This document shows positions 61,540-64,000 of a stretch of DNA of 64,000 nt, piece by piece. Each line of letters opens with the position of its first letter. Position 1 is the first letter of the stretch. The notes below the pieces were generated by a model, which was not told the DNA's origin, ran no database searches, and saw only the letters and a program-made list of their open reading frames with translations. The stretch is from positions 928,001 to 992,000 of the forward strand of contig CAXXMV010000008.1 of the NCBI GenBank assembly GCA_963662285.2, written 5' to 3'. A program made the translations under genes and the position numbers. Origin of the DNA: a bacterium. GTDB lineage: Bacteria; Hinthialibacterota; Hinthialibacteria; Hinthialibacterales; Hinthialibacteraceae.

Positions 61540-63486
61540 ATGAACCAAGAAAATATTTCAGTTCAGATATGTAATCCTAGGTGCACTTTATCGAATTGCA
61601 TGGATATTTTATGCTTGACTCAGCTTTGGTCGGGAAAATACCTCTATCTGACAGGGCTTACGCTGATTCTGCTTTTGCTTGCCATTCCTCTGAACAGTTA
61701 TACTGAAGACGATGCTCCAATACAGCAATTCGGTGAAGGAAGCGCCGTCTTTGCCGCTTACTCATCGACCGGTAAGTATATTATCACCGCCAGCGAAGCG
61801 GGTCATGCAATCCTGTGGAATGCGGAAACAGCTGAGGTTTTGAAACGCTTTACCGGGCATACAGGCGCTATCAGCATGGCAATCCTGTCTCCAGATGAGA
61901 GTAAACTGCTCACGGGAAGTACAGACGGCGCAGCGAAATTGTGGGATATTGAAAGCGGTCAGGCAATTCAAACTTTCAGTGGACATGGTGGAACTGTGGA
62001 ATCGGTCGCCTTTTCGCCGGATATGATGCGGATATTGACCGGATGCGCTGATGATACGGCCCGGCTTTGGGATGCCGCGACAGGGGAATTGATCCGCACC
62101 TTCAGTGGAAGAAGTCCGGCGTTGTTTACGCTGGATGGAATGAAAGTACTGACATTAATCAATCTATGGAATGCAGAAACAGGCGAAATGATCCACACGT
62201 TTCCTGCTGACGGATACAGTATGGGAGCGTCGATATCTCCTGATGACACGCGAGTTCTATCTGGAGGAGGCGTCACTGAATCCGATTACGGCAAAGCCAG
62301 GATGTGGGATATCGAAACAGGCGCCCTGCTGAGATCGTTTTCAGATACTTCCACTTATCAGATTACTGCTGTCGCATTCTCAGGTGATAGTACAAACATA
62401 CTCACAGGAAATCTGGATGGGGACGTTAAACTTTGGGATGCCGAAACAGGTGCACTTATTCGTAAGTTTTCTGGTGATTCGGGAGAGATTCTCTCTGTTG
62501 ATATGTCACCGGATAATTCGACAATTATGGCTTGTACTAAAGATGGCGTAGTACAACTATGGAAAACAGATACTGGTGAAGCAAGCAGTACGCTACCAGG
62601 ACATTCGACGACCGCTTATACAGCCGCATATTCTCCCGATGGAATGAGCATACTTATTGCAGGATGGGGATATGACGCCATACTATTTGATGTTAAGACA
62701 AGCAGGGAAATCCGAAAGTATTCCGGCCACTCCAATCGCGTCATATCTGCGGCCTTCTCTAAAGATGGAACTAAAATACTGACCACAAGTTGGGATAATA
62801 CGGCAAAGATATGGGATGCCAATACAGGCGCCGAAATTCGTTCGTTTCCCATGTCAGCGCTTGCTTTCAATAAATCAGCCTATTTCTCACCCGATGGAAT
62901 GCAAGTCTTAATTGCCAGTAGTTCTTCAGCGAATCTATTCAATGCATTGACAGGAGAAAAAATCCGCACATTTGATGGCGCCGCCCCGGTAGCATTCTCA
63001 CCGGATGGGAAATCATTGTTAATAGGACCGGGCGATGAAGCCGCATTGCTTGATATACAAACTGGCGATGTCATCCGAACTTTCAGCGGACATCCGGGAT
63101 ATTTCCTGAGTTGCCTGGCGTTCTCGGCGGACGGGCAATGGGCGCTAACCGGAGCTGATACTGCGAAAATCTGGGATGTGGAGACAGGTAAGGAACTTAG
63201 AACATTTAGCAGCGCAACGCATAGTGTAGGTCGTGCGGTTTTTTCGCCTGACAAACGTTTTTTGCTAACAGGAAGTTTAATTAATCAAAACGCGATATTG
63301 TGGAATGCGGTGATGGGTAATAAAATCCGGATGTTTGAGGCGCATAATGGAGCGGTGGAATCCGTTGCTTTTTCTCCGGACGGACTTCACATCCTGACAG
63401 GATGCACCGACGGCATAGCGCGGATATGGGATATTTCCGACATTGCTTCTACCTCGGAAATAAGTGATTTTACGTTGTATAAGTAA
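61540..63486 (+). CDS. Exported WD40-repeat protein with terminal I-x-x-F-x-x-Y motif
   Basis: Hydrophobic signal segment; many GH..V.SVAFSPDG..LTG..D.TA.LWD repeats; ends TSEISDFTLYK. Confidence 0.92.
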   Translation: MNQENISVQICNPRCTLSNCMDILCLTQLWSGKYLYLTGLTLILLLLAIPLNSYTEDDAPIQQFGEGSAVFAAYSSTGKYIITASEAGHAILWNAETAEVLKRFTGHTGAISMAILSPDESKLLTGSTDGAAKLWDIESGQAIQTFSGHGGTVESVAFSPDMMRILTGCADDTARLWDAATGELIRTFSGRSPALFTLDGMKVLTLINLWNAETGEMIHTFPADGYSMGASISPDDTRVLSGGGVTESDYGKARMWDIETGALLRSFSDTSTYQITAVAFSGDSTNILTGNLDGDVKLWDAETGALIRKFSGDSGEILSVDMSPDNSTIMACTKDGVVQLWKTDTGEASSTLPGHSTTAYTAAYSPDGMSILIAGWGYDAILFDVKTSREIRKYSGHSNRVISAAFSKDGTKILTTSWDNTAKIWDANTGAEIRSFPMSALAFNKSAYFSPDGMQVLIASSSSANLFNALTGEKIRTFDGAAPVAFSPDGKSLLIGPGDEAALLDIQTGDVIRTFSGHPGYFLSCLAFSADGQWALTGADTAKIWDVETGKELRTFSSATHSVGRAVFSPDKRFLLTGSLINQNAILWNAVMGNKIRMFEAHNGAVESVAFSPDGLHILTGCTDGIARIWDISDIASTSEISDFTLYK

Positions 63487-63505
63487 GATTATGCAGTGGT
63501 GAAAT

Positions 63506-64000
63506 TTATGAAACCAAAGGTAATTTAATAATAAATTTCGTTCCAATACCGGGAGTAGATTCTACATCTATATAGCCATGGTGATTCTCGGTAATAATGA
63601 AATAAGAGATCGACAACCCTAATCCCGTGCCAATACCGGGTTTCTTTGTAGTAAAGAAAGGCTCGAAGGCGTGCTTCATCGTTGTTTCATTCATCCCCAT
63701 GCCATTATCTTCAATTTCTATTACTGCAAAATTTCCCTCTTTTTTTGTGCGGATAATAAAACAGTGCATTTCTATAGATTGATCTTTTTCTGCCATAGAT
63801 TGCGCTCCATTTTTTAATAAATTCAAAATTACTTGTTGAATTTTTGTAATTTCGCATTTAACGTATGGCATATTTTCTTCATATTCACGTATTATTTCTA
63901 TCTTCCGGAAATCATATTTCTTTTTAAGATCATAATCATTCGATGCAAGTTCAATAGTATCATCAAGTAATTCAGAAATATTAATTGGAACAAACAGGGA
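63506..64000 (-). CDS. Sensor histidine kinase, C-terminal HATPase_c part (gene extends beyond the window)
   Basis: Frame open to the window end; QQVILNLLKNGAQ, DNGMGM, FEPFFTTK..GTGLGL. Confidence 0.88.
   Translation of the reverse strand, partial: SLFVPINISELLDDTIELASNDYDLKKKYDFRKIEIIREYEENMPYVKCEITKIQQVILNLLKNGAQSMAEKDQSIEMHCFIIRTKKEGNFAVIEIEDNGMGMNETTMKHAFEPFFTTKKPGIGTGLGLSISYFIITENHHGYIDVESTPGIGTKFIIKLPLVS

Noticed and set aside
1-64000. rRNA, tRNA, prophage or intact IS; many short antisense ORFs
   Set aside because: None recognised by eye (tRNAscan/Rfam not run); short ORFs overlap well-supported genes and lack motifs.

Overview
Bacterial chromosomal window, mostly housekeeping and secreted-enzyme genes. 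Housekeeping: apbE, pgi, a phosphohexomutase, tig-clpP-clpX-carD-like, surE, priA and HAS-barrel + herA. Other genes: two sulfatases, esterases, Tat-exported oxidoreductases, BlaI/BlaR1(M56), signalling proteins, CgeB-like glycosyltransferases, a pseudopilin, and CotH, PQQ-propeller, WD40 and beta-helix proteins. The gene content suggests a PVC-like or candidate-phylum diderm (inference only). No rRNA, tRNA, CRISPR or intact mobile element was recognised. Three signals stand out. (1) Four unrelated signal-peptide proteins share a short C-terminal motif, [VI]-x-x-[WF]-x-x-[YF], a candidate undescribed protein-sorting signal. (2) Intergenic DNA carries at least four REP-like hairpin families and a deleted RAYT transposase remnant, and tandem duplications repeatedly end exactly at the REP foot, once copying the 3' end of a gene. 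(3) A lamin-tail/CotH gene is split by one in-frame TAG followed by a 12-bp stem-loop, which could be readthrough, a nonsense mutation or a sequencing error. A cluster of single-base insertions at 56.87-57.20 kb suggests local sequence error.
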